A stretch of 64,000 bases of DNA from Eledone cirrhosa. Lineage: Eukaryota. The stretch covers positions 103,602,001 to 103,666,000 of the forward strand of contig OZ024742.1 in NCBI GenBank assembly GCA_964016885.1. Reading direction: 5' to 3'. Both the position numbers and the translations under genes were made by a program. Numbering within the stretch: the stretch's first letter is position 1; every line of letters begins with the position of its first letter. The notes beneath the pieces were generated by a model. The model was not told the DNA's origin. It saw only the letters and a program-made list of their open reading frames with translations, and ran no database searches. Positions 12,991-27,319 of this stretch are shown in pieces.

Positions 12991-13968
12991 CAAAGAATAA
13001 CGCCCTCGAAATTGAAACTAGGTTTTCTGACAAGTGAATTTATTTTTTTTTTTTTTTTTTACAATGAAATTTACGATACACTCTTTGTTTATTTACAACA
13101 GGTCTCTATAGTGATATGGTGTTAATTAGTATTGCGTGTGTGATTATTTTCTCTTATATATATATATGTGTGTGGGTGTGTATATGTGTGTATATATATG
13201 TGTCTGTATGTATATATATATGTGTGTTTGTATATATGTGTTTGTGTCATCGTCATCGTTTAGATGTTTTTGTAATATCTTGCCAAAGTTGGCACCAACT
13301 ATAAACAAATTAAGGCCGGGTCATAAGAAGGATAGAGAATGATAAGGGATTTGGGTAAAAACATCTAAACGATGATGATGACACAAACACACATATATAT
13401 ACAAACACACATATATATATACATACAGACACACATATATATACACACATATACACACCCACACATATATATATAAGAGAAAATAATCACACACGCAATA
13501 CTAATTAACACCATATCACTATAGAGACCTGTTGTAAATAAACAAAGAGTGTATCGTAAATTTCATTGTAAAAAAAAAAAAAAACTTGTCAGAAAACCTA
13601 GTTTCAATTTCGAGGACGTTATTCTTAACCTATGCCACAATATGGTTACCTGTTTATAGCCGAAACCACGTTTTCCTGCACTTGTCTGTCGGTAAGGTTG
13701 CATATTGATTTGTAATTTAGGTACAAGGCCAGCAAATTTATGGGAAAGGGAAAGTCGAATACATCGACCCCATTACGTGACTTTATTTTACAGACAACGA
13801 AAGGATGAAAGGCAAAGTTAACCTCGACGTAATTTGAACTCAGAACGTAGAGAATCATAAACTCATCTGCCATTTGTCCGGTGCTCTAACGATTCTGCTA
13901 ATACAAATATTGCTAAGCATATCATTATTGATGGCACTCGTCTACTATCAGAATATATTTGCTACGTA

Positions 13969-14313
13969 CTCTCAGGTCTTGAATAATCCCCCCCCCCCCG
14001 CTTATTAATTTTTCAGACCCCCCCTCCCACTTTTATCCCCGCTCCCTGCTTATTATATTTTGCTCATCTATCTCCGGAAAATTTTATTGTAAGTGATTCA
14101 TATTGATACAGCAGCTGGGGAATCTAATAATTTTATTTTACATTAAAAAACATGACAAAAAACAAAAAAACATTACAAGAAATCCCATATGTACATTATG
14201 CAATTAACGATTTCCCCACCCCCGTTTATTCAAGCCCCCCTCGCTTATAAGAATTTAAGCAAATGCCCCCGAGCCGCTTAATTCCCCCACCGCTGTTATT
14301 TGGGACTCGAGAG
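13969..14313. mobile_element. MITE with TA TSD (Tc1/pogo-like); shorter relative at 16242-16490 inserted in a SINE
   Basis: ta|CTCTC(A/G)GGTCTTGAATAAT...TTATTT...CGAGAG|ta termini shared by both copies. Confidence 0.7.
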
Positions 14314-15618
14314 TACACACAGAGAGAATATAATTCCAAAATAATTACTGTGGAATTGAAAAAGACTTCTTAGAAAACAATTGTAGATATTATAGAGAAC
14401 ATTGCAAGAAGAAAGAAAATATTTTTTATAGATAAAGAATTAGAAACAGTAACTTATGGGAAGAAATTTTACTTAGGGGTGACATCAGCATGAAATACTA
14501 CAGATAAGTGCCAACATAATTTAATGAACAAAAAATATATAAACTAAATCTGGATGACACCGATTGGAAAAGCAAGGGGGTGACAATTTAGTCAGAATAA
14601 AACGAAAATATTGATTTCTAAGATAAGCTTTACATTTGGGGAGAAGGCTATAGTCGATTATATCGAGCTCAGTACTCAACTGACACCTTTTTTATCGATC
14701 TTGAAAGGATGAAAATCGAAATTAATTTTGGCAGTATTTAGAATCAGAACGTTAAAAAGGTAAGTCTAAATACCGCATGCCATTTTGTCTATTGCTCTAT
14801 TGTTTTTTTGTGGGAGACCAGCAATTGCCCATGCATACCAATCTCTCCTCTCTATGTAAGGAAGCAATCTGATTCAAATTAAAGGTGTATGTAAGGACCC
14901 GTAACTCCTGATAAAGTCGCAGGAGTATCGTTGTGACGTACTTGAGCATTTAAAACCTGGTGGAGCCCATTCCTTTCCAAAACTGGAACACAGCTGATGT
15001 CCTCCAGAGAAGGAAAAATAGAGTGAGAGAGAAATAATAAAGAGATATAGAGGAAGAATCGACTCCAGTACTGGACTGGTATATTTCTTTTATTGACTTT
15101 GAAAGGGTGAAAGGCTGAATTTGAATGAAGAGTATAGAGAGCTGGAACGAATACTGCAAATCATCCAATTTGCCGTCACTGAATTAATGATAATCGATTG
15201 AAATCCTCTATATTAACCCTTTTGATAGTAACCCATCCAAAACTACCAATGGTTATCTGAAACAAAACTTCCATTTTAAAGGATTGTTATGGTTCTTATT
15301 TAAATTAAAATCTTCCAACGTCATTTTATATAGGAACCTTTTATGTTACAAATATCTCCATAATATTGAAATAATTAATAATTTTAGCAAATCTTTTCAA
15401 ATCCTTCATTAATTAATTCAGAGTACTTCATGAGAAATATGAGAACGAAATGGTTAAACTTCTTTTTATAGAGGTAGGACTTGTTTGATTCACACTTGCA
15501 CCATAGTTGCAGATGCAGTAGTTAACTGTTCACCTGAGATAACAGTTGTCAGCTCTAATCAATGGAGCATTATATAATGTTTGCAACCAGATATGTAAAC
15601 TCTTATGCTGACAACAAA

Positions 15619-15755
15619 ACAGAACTGGCCAAAAGCAATGTTTCAACAGAACTGGCTAAAAGCAATGTTTCAACAGAACTGGCTAAAAGCAATGTTTCAA
15701 CAGAACTGGCTAAAAGTAATATGCTTCAATAGAACTGGCTAAAAGTAATATGCTT
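15619..15755. repeat. Minisatellite, about 26-bp unit x5
   Basis: ACAGAACTGGCTAAAAGCAATGTTTCA repeated with small variants. Confidence 0.85.
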
Positions 15756-17171
15756 TAATTACTTAATTATTCAACGTCTTTATATGAGATCGGATGAAGG
15801 CGCATAACTTAGTGCTAAGGGAATTCAGCTCACAATCGTAAGGTCATGAGTTCAATTCCTAGTGACGTGCTGTGCCCTTAATCAAGACACTCTATTTTAC
15901 ATTGCTCCAATTCACTCAACTGGTAAATATAAGTTTACCTTGTCACACAGTCATGCTGAATCTCCATGAGAATGCGTTATGGCTGCTCGTGAATTAATGC
16001 AAGTGGCTGAGCTTTCCACAGACTCATACGCTCACTTATATGAAGTCAACAAAGCCACAATAGGCTTAAATAGGCGAAGAGACAAGAACATGGTGATGAA
16101 TGAATGTCACTACATCTTATTGATGACTATATTGATAACCTTTCATTAATTTTTCATTAAAACATGGTTAAAATGTAACATTTAAAGTATACAAATACAA
16201 ACGACAATAACGGTTATATCGGCTCCAGTACTGGTCTGGTACTCTCGGGTCTTGAATAATCTCCAGCGAAATTTTATTTTAAGTGGTAGCATTTCTGCGA
16301 CAGTTAATTTACTTTAGACATAAAAAATTATTATACATGACCAAAAAACTACATTACTAGAAACCCCATACGTTATAAAAGAGGATGGGTTAGGGTCTCA
16401 ATATGTAAACTAAACGACTAATTTTGGTTTTAAAAAAAATCAGCGGAGACAACTTAGGAAAATTACCGCCGCTTATTTCAAACCCGAGAGTACTTTATTT
16501 TATCGACTCGGGAAAGATGAAAGACAAAATTGACCTTGGCGGGATTTGAACTAAGAACGTAAAGAGTATGAACAAATGTCGCAAAGCATTTTATATGACG
16601 CTCTACCGATTCCGCCAATCCGCCGCCCTAACGACAGAACCTTAATGATGATTTCTTTATTGGCTACTGGAGCCGAAAACATTAAGGACAATACGATAAG
16701 GACAGTGGTGATTGATATAAAAACAAGTAAACAGAAGAAAAACTGGCAACAAAGGTAAGAATAAATAAACAGAATCTCCCACACACCACCACCACTGCCA
16801 CCTCCCAGGAAAAACGGATTAGTAAGAGGAGTATGAAGTAGTAAGAATATGACAGAGAGAGAATATTAAAAATGAAAGGTTTGTGGTAGAGCCTGTAGCA
16901 GTGGAGCCCTCCGGCGTTCTTCCCCTCCAAACCATATCCCTACTCCCTGCTATCGGAGTGGAGTTGGCTGCCCCACGAGGTGGAATGGCTGTTCCAGCGC
17001 GTCTATCTTGCCGTTCTCCCGGCCAATGTATTCTCCCTCCTGTTAACCGGGACCCAGAGGAGAAGGGGAAGTTAGTTGGAGGTGGAGGATACTCGATCGG
17101 ATGTCACATACATACATACATACATACATACATACATACATACATACATACATACATACATACATACATAC

Positions 17172-17757
17172 ATGGTGGCTGCCAACTCGTTTTCGAGTAC
17201 GGCCACTACTTTATATCCATGTAGGAGAACCCCTACTGATGCGCTGAACGAGTGCGACTTTTTAGTCCAGCCAGCGACTTGAAAACTCTGGTACAGACAC
17301 TGCACTTGTGACAATTATTGACACATAGTGCTGGGCCCATGGTACCATGTGACGACAAGTGCAGAGAGATCTCCAGATATAAAGCAATGCCTGTGCTGTG
17401 AAGCTTTTATAGTGAGCAAAGGCACTGCACAAAGCCAGTCCCACTCTCTTAACCAAGATGATATTTACCAAAAAGAAGAACAAGTCAACATCATTGGATA
17501 CCATCAGGGTTGCAGGTGTTATATCAGAGTTTTCCTTCTCCTAGAGTTCTGCCTTGACAAAGGCTAAGGGGTCATCTCTCCCGGTGATTTTGGATGGCCA
17601 TTGACTCTTAACAGCTCCTTTGCTTTTGACAGGTTTTGTTTTTAGTCCTGCAGGATGTCCAAAGACACCCTCCTCACCAAGAAACCTTGGTGGGGTTGCC
17701 AGTTTAGTCGCCAACGACCCGACCATGAGACAGGTTGTACTGGGATACATGTTACCA
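17172..17757 (-). mobile_element. Young ~590-bp non-coding interspersed repeat in TA/TACA microsatellite; near-identical inverted copy at 50436-51021
   Basis: The two copies match base for base with few substitutions, and the ORF track gives the same short translations on opposite strands. Diverged relatives at about 2480-2640 and 50040-50325. Confidence 0.85.
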
Positions 17758-17832
17758 TATATATATATATATATACATATATATATACACACATATATAT
17801 ATATACATATATATATACACACACATATATAT

Positions 17833-17873
<41 letters not shown>

Positions 17874-18296
17874 TATATATACATATATACACACACACAT
17901 ATATATATACACACACACACATATATATATACATATATATACATATATATACATATATATATACATATACACACATATACATATATATATATATACACAC
18001 ACATATATATACACACATATATATATATATATATATACACACACATATATATACACACATATATATACATACATATATACACACACATATATACACACAC
18101 ACACACATATATATACACACATATATATATATATATATACATATATACACATATATATATATATACATACACACATATATATATACATATACACACATAC
18201 ATACACATATATATATATATACATATATACACATATACATATATATATACATATATACACATATATATATATATACATATATATATACATATATAT

Positions 18297-18328
<32 letters not shown>

Positions 18329-18710
18329 ATATATACACATATATATATATACATATACATATATACATATATATACATATACATATATACATATATATAC
18401 ACATACATATATACATATATATACACATACATATATACATATATATACATATATATATACATATATATATATAAACACATACACATATATATACTCATAT
18501 ATATATATATACACATATATATATATACACATATATATATATATATACACATATATATACATATATATATATATACATATACACATATATATATACACAT
18601 ACATACATACATACATACATACATACATACATACATACATACATACATACATACATACATACATACATACATACATACATACATACATACATACATACAT
18701 ACATACATAC
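17758..18710. repeat. ~950-bp compound (TA)/(CA)/(TACA)n microsatellite
   Basis: Directly visible. Explains the long spurious YI/HT/CV ORFs. Confidence 0.97.
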
Positions 18711-20497
18711 GATGTGGAGAACATTTTCCAGACGCAGTAGTCTACCGAACAAAAATGTATTTAACAAAAACACGTGTTCAATCACTCAGAACTAAAACCT
18801 AAAAGAAATTGTCTCCTCAACACAAACAAATTTTACTAAACAAGCCAATAGATGAGCCTCTACATGGTTGCACGGCATACTAGAAATAGCAGTCAAATCT
18901 ATTTCGTGTATCACACTACAGGAGGCTTCTTCAGTCATGGCTGGCCATGAGTTTGCACCTAGAAAGTTCCTCTCTGAAGAACATGCCCTAGCAAGTTGTG
19001 TTTTTTTTGTGGGAGACCAGCAGTTACTCGCATACCAATCTCCATCCTCGGTGTCACCAAGGGAAAGACTGATACAGCTTGACACCAGTGACACCGGAAT
19101 TATTCTTTTCCACCTCAGTGGACTGGAGAAACGTGAAATAAAGTGCCATGCTCATTAAAGGGACCTGAATAATATGGTCTTAGATATACTGTGCCGGAAA
19201 ACAATGGCTCGAATGTTTTTGATCATAGGTTTATTCGGTGAGAGAAAACCAGAGGGATAAATACATGTTTGGTGCTTCCCCCACCAGCTTCAATAAACAG
19301 ACATGAGAGTCCAGAGGAAAATTGTCGCCACTTTACGCCTGCTACCGGGAACGACTTCCACATCCCTCTTTTGTAAATGCTTGTGTACCTACCCAAGATC
19401 TCCAGCCTGCGAACTATTCTTAAAATACGACATACAATGTGCAATGACCCCCAAAAGAGACAACCCTCCGCATTCACTCGTAATATCTAATCCTAATATA
19501 TATAATAAGTTGACGGGACTAGCATGAGTTTCACTGCTAGTACCGGTTGTGTATATATATGTTTATATATATATATATATATATATATGAAGACATGCGA
19601 CTAATATTATGTATTAAAAGTCAAATCCCGCCGAGGTTGACTTTGCCTTTCATCCTTACGGGGTCGATAAAATAAAGTACCAGTAATGTACTGGGTAATT
19701 GCTGGCCTTGTGCCTAAAGTAGAAACAATTATGTATTAAAATTCACACACACACCGCACATTTTATACTTTTTGCTCTTTTACACATAATTGACTTAAGG
19801 GCTCCAATTAACCTCATCATATTATCGCTGCTAGCGGAGGGATTCAGCAAAACACTAGCTGTTACGCCATTTTGACTATTTTTTTCTCGATGTGTGTCTG
19901 TTGAATACCTTAGCAATTGCCGACAATATGGTGGGGGTTAAATGGAACCCTTAAGACAATTTTGTGTAAAAGAACAGAAAGTACAAAATGTACCTTGAAG
20001 TGGTTGAGTGTTGATCTTAGAGTACTGATGCTGGCTAACGGATGATAAAGATAATAAAGTCCATAATATCCTCTAGTCATAGACAACTTAATCTTATCTA
20101 AACTGGGTTGCTCATCCGACCCGTCACCAGGCTCCAGTGCTCGTTGTGTGTGTGTGTGGGGGGGGGGTATATTCGGAAAATGCTGGGTGGTCATTCTGAT
20201 TCGTAGTAATTCTAAGACGGAGTCACGGAATACGCATATCATTGTAAATATTTTCTAAATCTGAGGATGCATCAAATAGGGAAGCAGTGCCAACCAGTAC
20301 CCCACGTCCTGCCCATATCTCATAATATAGCATTTAGAATTTATATACGAAATGTTCCCACAATATATTATCTATAGCAACCTTCTTAAATGTCTTATGA
20401 ATGCTCCCAAAGATATTTATGCAAGTCTTTCAATGGTTCGTACTTAGCTTTGATTTCAAGATGTTAAGACAATGTGGTGCAAATCTGTCTCTGTGTA

Positions 20498-20561
<64 letters not shown>

Positions 20562-20619
20562 ATATATCTCTCTCTGTTTCTGTCTTTCTAAAATATAATA
20601 AATACTTCAAGATACTCAC

Positions 20620-20674
20620 CGATGTTACAAAATAGGACTGACAACACCACACACAGCAACAATTTAGAATCCAT
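20620..20674 (-). CDS. First coding exon of LLTP gene (signal peptide)
   Basis: ATG in acaATGG context, then MDSKLLLCVVLSVLFCNI and a G|GTGAGT donor (phase 1). Hydrophobic core typical of a signal peptide. Joins exon 2 in frame. Confidence 0.8.
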
Positions 20675-21845
20675 TGTGAAAGTAGAATAGAAATATAAAA
20701 AAATCAAATCAAATCGAAGACAATAAATGTTCTAAAGTCTTATATTTGGTTCTCTCTTCGTTGACACATGTGTTTGTGTTTTGGTGTATTGTGTGCAGAA
20801 GAAGAAATAGTGTTAATACTTCCGTGTGACCATTTAGATAGAGAAGAGGCCAGTTGTTGGGACCAGTCCAAAGTCGAATAACTAACTTATCCAACCTTTG
20901 ACGAGAATGGCTCTCGTCAAATGGAATGAAGCAGACGACACATGCCGTTTTGTTTTTAAAGTGGAAAACAGGGGAAGGGGGAAGATGAGTTTTGAAATAC
21001 CAGGAGAGGGGAAAGTATAACAAATTAGATTGAGAGAATGTGAGAGAAAGCAGACAAGGCAGGGAGAGAGAAGGGGAGAGAGAGAGTAAGGGGGGGGTGA
21101 CAGAACGAGAACAGTGTGGTCTGAGATGAAGCGCAAATAAAGCGTAGAAAAAGGGAAACGAAATATTCAAGAAGGAAAAAAAGGGAGAGAGAGAGAGAAG
21201 GGTGTTGAAGAGAGATAACAGTGACAAATGAGATGAGTGAGAAATAGAAAAAGTCAACGAGTGTTATGAAGAGAATGAAAGACAATGAAAGTAGGTGATA
21301 GAAATATGAAGGAGGAGAGATGGGGAGGAAAAGATAGGAGGGAATATGAATAAGAGGAAAAAGAAAAAGAAAGAAAATGTTAGGGTTTAACTGTAAAAAA
21401 TATAATGGGCGTGGTGTTGTGATGAAGTTGAGGGTGTTGTTAGTGCTGGATCGTGTTAGCCCGGGAGGTCGGATGGAATATGAGTGTTGTTTTAAAGAAT
21501 TTGTTATTGTTCTTGTGTTTATTGGCGCTAAGATGGTGGTAGTATTGATGGTAGTAGGGAATTGTTGATAGTGATAGTGATGTTGAGTGTGTTGGTAGTG
21601 ATGCTGGGTGATAATGTGTTGTTTAACCGCAGGTTATCCATGACTAAGGGCGGCGAAATGGCAGTCGTTAGAACGTCGGATAGAATGCTTTGTAGTATTC
21701 CTTCCAACTCTCTGCAACTCAGTTCAAAACCCGCAAAGGTCAACTTTGCCTTTCAACCTTTCAAGGTCGATAAAAAAAAGGCCAGTACTGGGGTCAATTC
21801 TTTTTCTATATCTCTTTCTCACTTCTTTTCTATCACACACACATA

Positions 21846-21919
<74 letters not shown>

Positions 21920-21920
21920 C

Positions 21921-21955
<35 letters not shown>

Positions 21956-21956
21956 C

Positions 21957-22557
<601 letters not shown>

Positions 22558-24038
22558 TCCTAACTTCCCTTCTCTGGAAAATAATCGGTTGTGTTTAGAC
22601 CTGAAAAAGATATGGGCTCCAGCAGTTTTTTTTTTTTTAAATGTTCCCTACGACACCATCAAGAGTTACAGGTTCATTCATATCCATGACCGGGCACACA
22701 CATAATCAAAGGAATTCTATCTGTAACCATACCTTCTTTTGAAGGTTAGATAAAAACCTTTAGAAGTCCTCCCCACACGTGACTTAGAGATTAGGGTGTT
22801 GGACGAACGATCGTAATGTCGTAGGTTCGATTCATTTCACATTGCTCCAGTGCACTGAAAATGAATACCAGTAGTATCTGAGGGTTTAACAAGCTTCCTG
22901 TCCAGGTGTGTGTGTGGTGGTGGTGGTTGGGGGGTCTTGTACTTCCAGGCACTTAAACGTTAATGAAACCAGGATAAAAACCGGCCTCGTGAGCCTCCGG
23001 GCTTGGAACAAACTTTAACTTGAACTCCCAGAAAATAGAAATAAAAAAAGTCACGAAAACAAGCAAACAATAAGAAGCAAAATATAGACCCCCAACCACT
23101 GCTACTACAATAATATATGTCTGCTGGACAATATTGGAGAAGGCTTTCTATAATATCTCATATACTGTACTGGATAAAGAAAAACTCTATGAGGCCTTTC
23201 TTTTCTTGGGGTTCTGAGCACGTCCTTATTTTGCTTAATGGTTAATTAAGGGCTGTGTTTTTCCCTATGTACAAAGAACGTATGACCCCTATTAGCCACC
23301 GTGTCGTTTTCTAAGACGACACGTTGTGATTTAAGAGAGATTTGGTTGCTATTTCTAGCAGGTCAAGTGACTGCTTTGAGGCTTCCGGTAATGGCACATT
23401 GTATCGGTGATAGTGGTATTATAAGAGCAGTAGGGGTGATGTCATTAATGGCAGTAGTGCTGGTGATGTAGGTGGGGGATATTAGTTTTAATGGTGGTGG
23501 CGATGATAGTGGTAGTGTTGATGGGGGGGGGGTAGATAACAGTTATACAACAATGACATTTATTTGCTATTCCTTACCAACAACATCCTCCACTACCTAC
23601 CACTGCCCACCCTTACAACATCCCATTTCCCACCCCACAAAGCCACTGTCAAAATGCAAATCCTCCTCCCCTAGTTTTTAAGTTGGGTCATGTCTTACTT
23701 CACCCGAATTTGTTTTTTTCATCAAATTCCCGTCTAGGTTTTTTTCCTTTCCTCCTTATTTTCTACATTTCTTTCTTTCCTGTTCTTCCATTTCTTTCTT
23801 TCCCTTTTTTCTCTCTGCACCCCCCTCTCATTTTTATTTATTTATTAGACATTACTATATAATTCCAACGAAGCATAACAATACAAATAAAAGAAAAGAA
23901 AAGAAAATGGAAATAAAAATGAATTGGAACATACATTTTCAGTATACACCCACCTTTCTGTTCATCTGTGGCTGCCTGTCACTCTCTGTCTCTTTTTCTC
24001 TCTCTCTCTATATATATATAAACATATATGAGTATATG

Positions 24039-24083
<45 letters not shown>

Positions 24084-24139
24084 GTACATATACATATACT
24101 CACACGCAAGCATACATATATACATATGTGTGTGTGTAT

Positions 24140-25130
24140 ATATATATCATGAGACCCGAACATCAACAACAACAAAAGAAGTCAGCAACCATCTCGTCCA
24201 GATTTGTCAGCCAGCATAAAAATAACATGATCAGGGCAGCCAATGAACTTGGGGAGGGACATGACATAATAGCTGACACAATTCTCTTTCTCTCAAGAAC
24301 ATTGGAAGATTATATTTAATATTGCAGCAAAATATATTAAAAAAACAACAAAAAGAGGCCAACTCCCTAGGAGGGTTATACACGAGTATATGAAATGAAA
24401 AACGTAGACCATAGAGGGGGTAAACCTCACCAAGAGGCTGGGTGAGAGTTTGCGCAAGTTCATAACATCTCATCTTGAAGGATACTTTCATGAAAATCAG
24501 GCGCAAGAACCCTACTCCACCACTTAGTACCTATTACACAAAAGCTGACAACAAATGTGGGTAAGGCTAAATAAAAAACTGAAGACGTTAGCCATATTGT
24601 TGTTAACTGTAGAAGAATGTCTTCTCGTTACTACCTTCCAATAAGACATGATATTTTAGCCAGAACAATCTGGAATACAACAAGGAATGCCAAAGTAACA
24701 ACAAAGACTGATTAATATATTGAGACTAAGGGCTCAAAATAATATTGGGGGAACCTAGAAATATATACTGCCACCAAATTAAAACACAACCGACTCGATA
24801 TTTTTGTTTGGGACCACAAAATAATTTAAAAAAATGCTCCGTTGACTAAACCAGTCGCTCACTTTACATCAATGTTGTAAAAAATATAAACAGGAGTAGG
24901 AAAATATATATGGACCATTGATGAGGAGTTTGCAAATGTAGTACCCAAAATACACGTTCAGCTTCATAACAATTATTAGAACTAAAAGAAATATATAAAC
25001 CCTCCTGGACTTCGATTTCTGTGGAAAAAAAGCAGTTCTTTAATTCGTAAGTTGCAAATGGTTATAATACCAGGAACTATAAACATTTGTAAGACGTTAA
25101 CATTTAAAAAGTGAATGATTGCTCAAACGA
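24140..25130 (+). mobile_element. Degenerate RLE-type (R4/Dong-like) non-LTR retrotransposon, 3' part
   Basis: Homologous to 35420-36090: CCHC remnant (EDVSHIVVNC), YYLPIRHD and an NRxDI endonuclease-like region. Confidence 0.7.
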
Positions 25131-25699
25131 TGATGAAAGGACGATTTACGTTATAACCTTGCTATTGAGTTGATGGCCAGTCAAATATACTCATCTTCTA
25201 ATTCTTTTCTTACATCCACTTATACCTCAAACACAAAGTCCTCACACACGCTCACCAGAAAGCTCTATCAGAAGCAACAGTCTCCAAATAATCCGGCTGG
25301 ATCCCCAAACGAAACCAACCGAGGTTAAAGATGTTATCTAACCATCTTACTTGTGGTTAACCTCTGGGACTCCTGTCAGTTAGCTTTGTAAAAAAGTGTG
25401 CTGGATATGTTTAGTCGTGATACCAGCACTAGCGAGGTTACTGGTCATTGACTCAAATGAAGAGCTCTCTATACTCCATAGGGAGGGGAATAAGAAGCAT
25501 GCTATAGGTGTCAGTAATCAACATAAACTATAGGGTTTCTCCAATGCAAACTATTCATTTTAAAAATGCTAATTTCTGAGTTTGTATGATTGTTCATATA
25601 TTGGCATAACAATCATGGACCGCCAAATTGAATACGTTCAATATTGTTGCGGTCATTATTGTCGGCACTAGCCTATTAGTCCTTTTAATGAAAGGCTAA

Positions 25700-27290
25700 C
25701 AGGTGTTGAGGAGGAATTCTTATTACGAAGTCGGCAGATGGTCCTCCAGAACACATCATTTAGCTGAAGTCGGATTCCAGCTTAACCCCAAAGTCCTTCT
25801 TTGCTCGAATGGCATCTTTGAGTTCTTGATTGAACCAAGGGGTCCACCTGCCATCCGGCGTCACACCAAGCCTCTTTCACCCGCAACATTTAACAGCTGA
25901 AGCAGAAACTGCTGAGTTGAACAATCTCCACTCCGTCTCAACGTCCTCAGTTTGATCAGGAAGTTCTCTGAATTTGGATGCAATAGTATCTGCATAACTG
26001 GTCCTGACTTCCTTATCCACCAACGCTTCCCACTTTATCCTGTAGTTCGCCCTAGACCTGACAGTTTTGTAGGCTTCTTTGGCTTTAGGTAGACTCAAGT
26101 TGCAGATAACTAGATGGTGATAACTAGATGCTGACAGCTCTTAACAGGATCAGTTGACAGCTCTTAACACGAACATCCAGCACAGAATCGAAGATAACAC
26201 AATAACAAAATCAATTATTGATCTCTGTCCCTGATTCCCCTTATACCATGTATATTTATGGATGTCTCTGTGCTGGAAGGTGTTCATTATAGAGAGACCA
26301 TTTCTAGAACAGAAGTCTATTAAGGCCTCTCCATTCGTATTTAGATCGGGGTCGCTGTTCTTTCCATTCATTCCTTTCTATGTCAAGTGGTCAGTGTTCA
26401 CATGTGCATTGAAGTTTCCCATCAGGATATATGACTCAGTCTTAACTACATCTAATGCAGCAGTGACTTCATAAATGAGTCTGTATTCGGACTCCTTGTT
26501 TGGTGCATAAATTTGCACCCCCACCCCAGACATATCTTTCAGCCTAAGCTAAGCTTCAAGAGAAAAATACTCCCTCCTAATAGGATCCAGTCCATAAAAC
26601 ATTCTAACAGCCTGAGGCTTGTGAGTATCCCCACTCCCGCTTGTGTAGTAAGTTCTGGCGCCACACCAGAATAATGGAGTTTCCATCCTCCATCCTAATC
26701 TATCTAGAAATTTTGTTGAGGAAACCCCGACTATATTTAGCCGGTTGCATCTAGCCTCCTCCATTAGTTCCTGCTCTTTACTATTAAGGGTTGTGATGTT
26801 CCAGGTTCCAATTTTCAAGGTTTGCTTCCTTCCGAACACTCTTTGGGGTTTCGGGATAAGCAATCTTTGTGCGTCTATCCCACGCCTCACAGGACAGGTC
26901 GAAAGCTAATCGCAAGTTTTTTATGGCATGAACTAGAGATTGCAACATATGTTTTGAACAGGCTCCTCTAGCTAAGGCCTGAACGCGTCCCTTGTTACCC
27001 CACGCGAAGGACGATGCGATATGGTTCATTTTCGTTCTTCTCACCATATTGCGGTTTTGGTGGTCTTATTCACACCAGTCACCAATCTGGTATTTTCTCA
27101 AACCCCCGAAGACTAGGCCTTTTAGAGGCGGTTTTTACTCGCCTCGTCATAGCAACATCACTGGATTGTGAGAGTTTTCTTGGGAGCTAAAAGTCTCACC
27201 CATTGCTCCACCTCCCCTAATAGCTGATCGGGGTCACTTATTCGTCTGGCAGGTGCCTGCTTATATCGCAACTAACCATCATATCTGGTG
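25700..27290 (-). mobile_element. RTE-like LINE 5' half (APE endonuclease), inverted
   Basis: LKIGTWNITTLN, NGEALIDFC, HKYTW, SIIDF and YHLV motifs on the minus strand. Confidence 0.85.
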
Positions 27291-27319
27291 GCCGTATCGC
27301 TATCCGTCACCTGCGACCC

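Noticed and set aside
13650-13700. Possible LLTP first exon (MQPYRQ...KQ|GT)
   Set aside because: Wrong phase and no signal peptide. The exon at 20620-20674 fits instead.
17541-18802. Six 280-360 aa ORFs on both strands
   Set aside because: Translations of a stop-free TA/CA microsatellite, not genes.
19500-19545. Possible Helitron 3' end (hairpin plus CTAG)
   Set aside because: The hairpin is weak and no matching 5' end or second copy was found.
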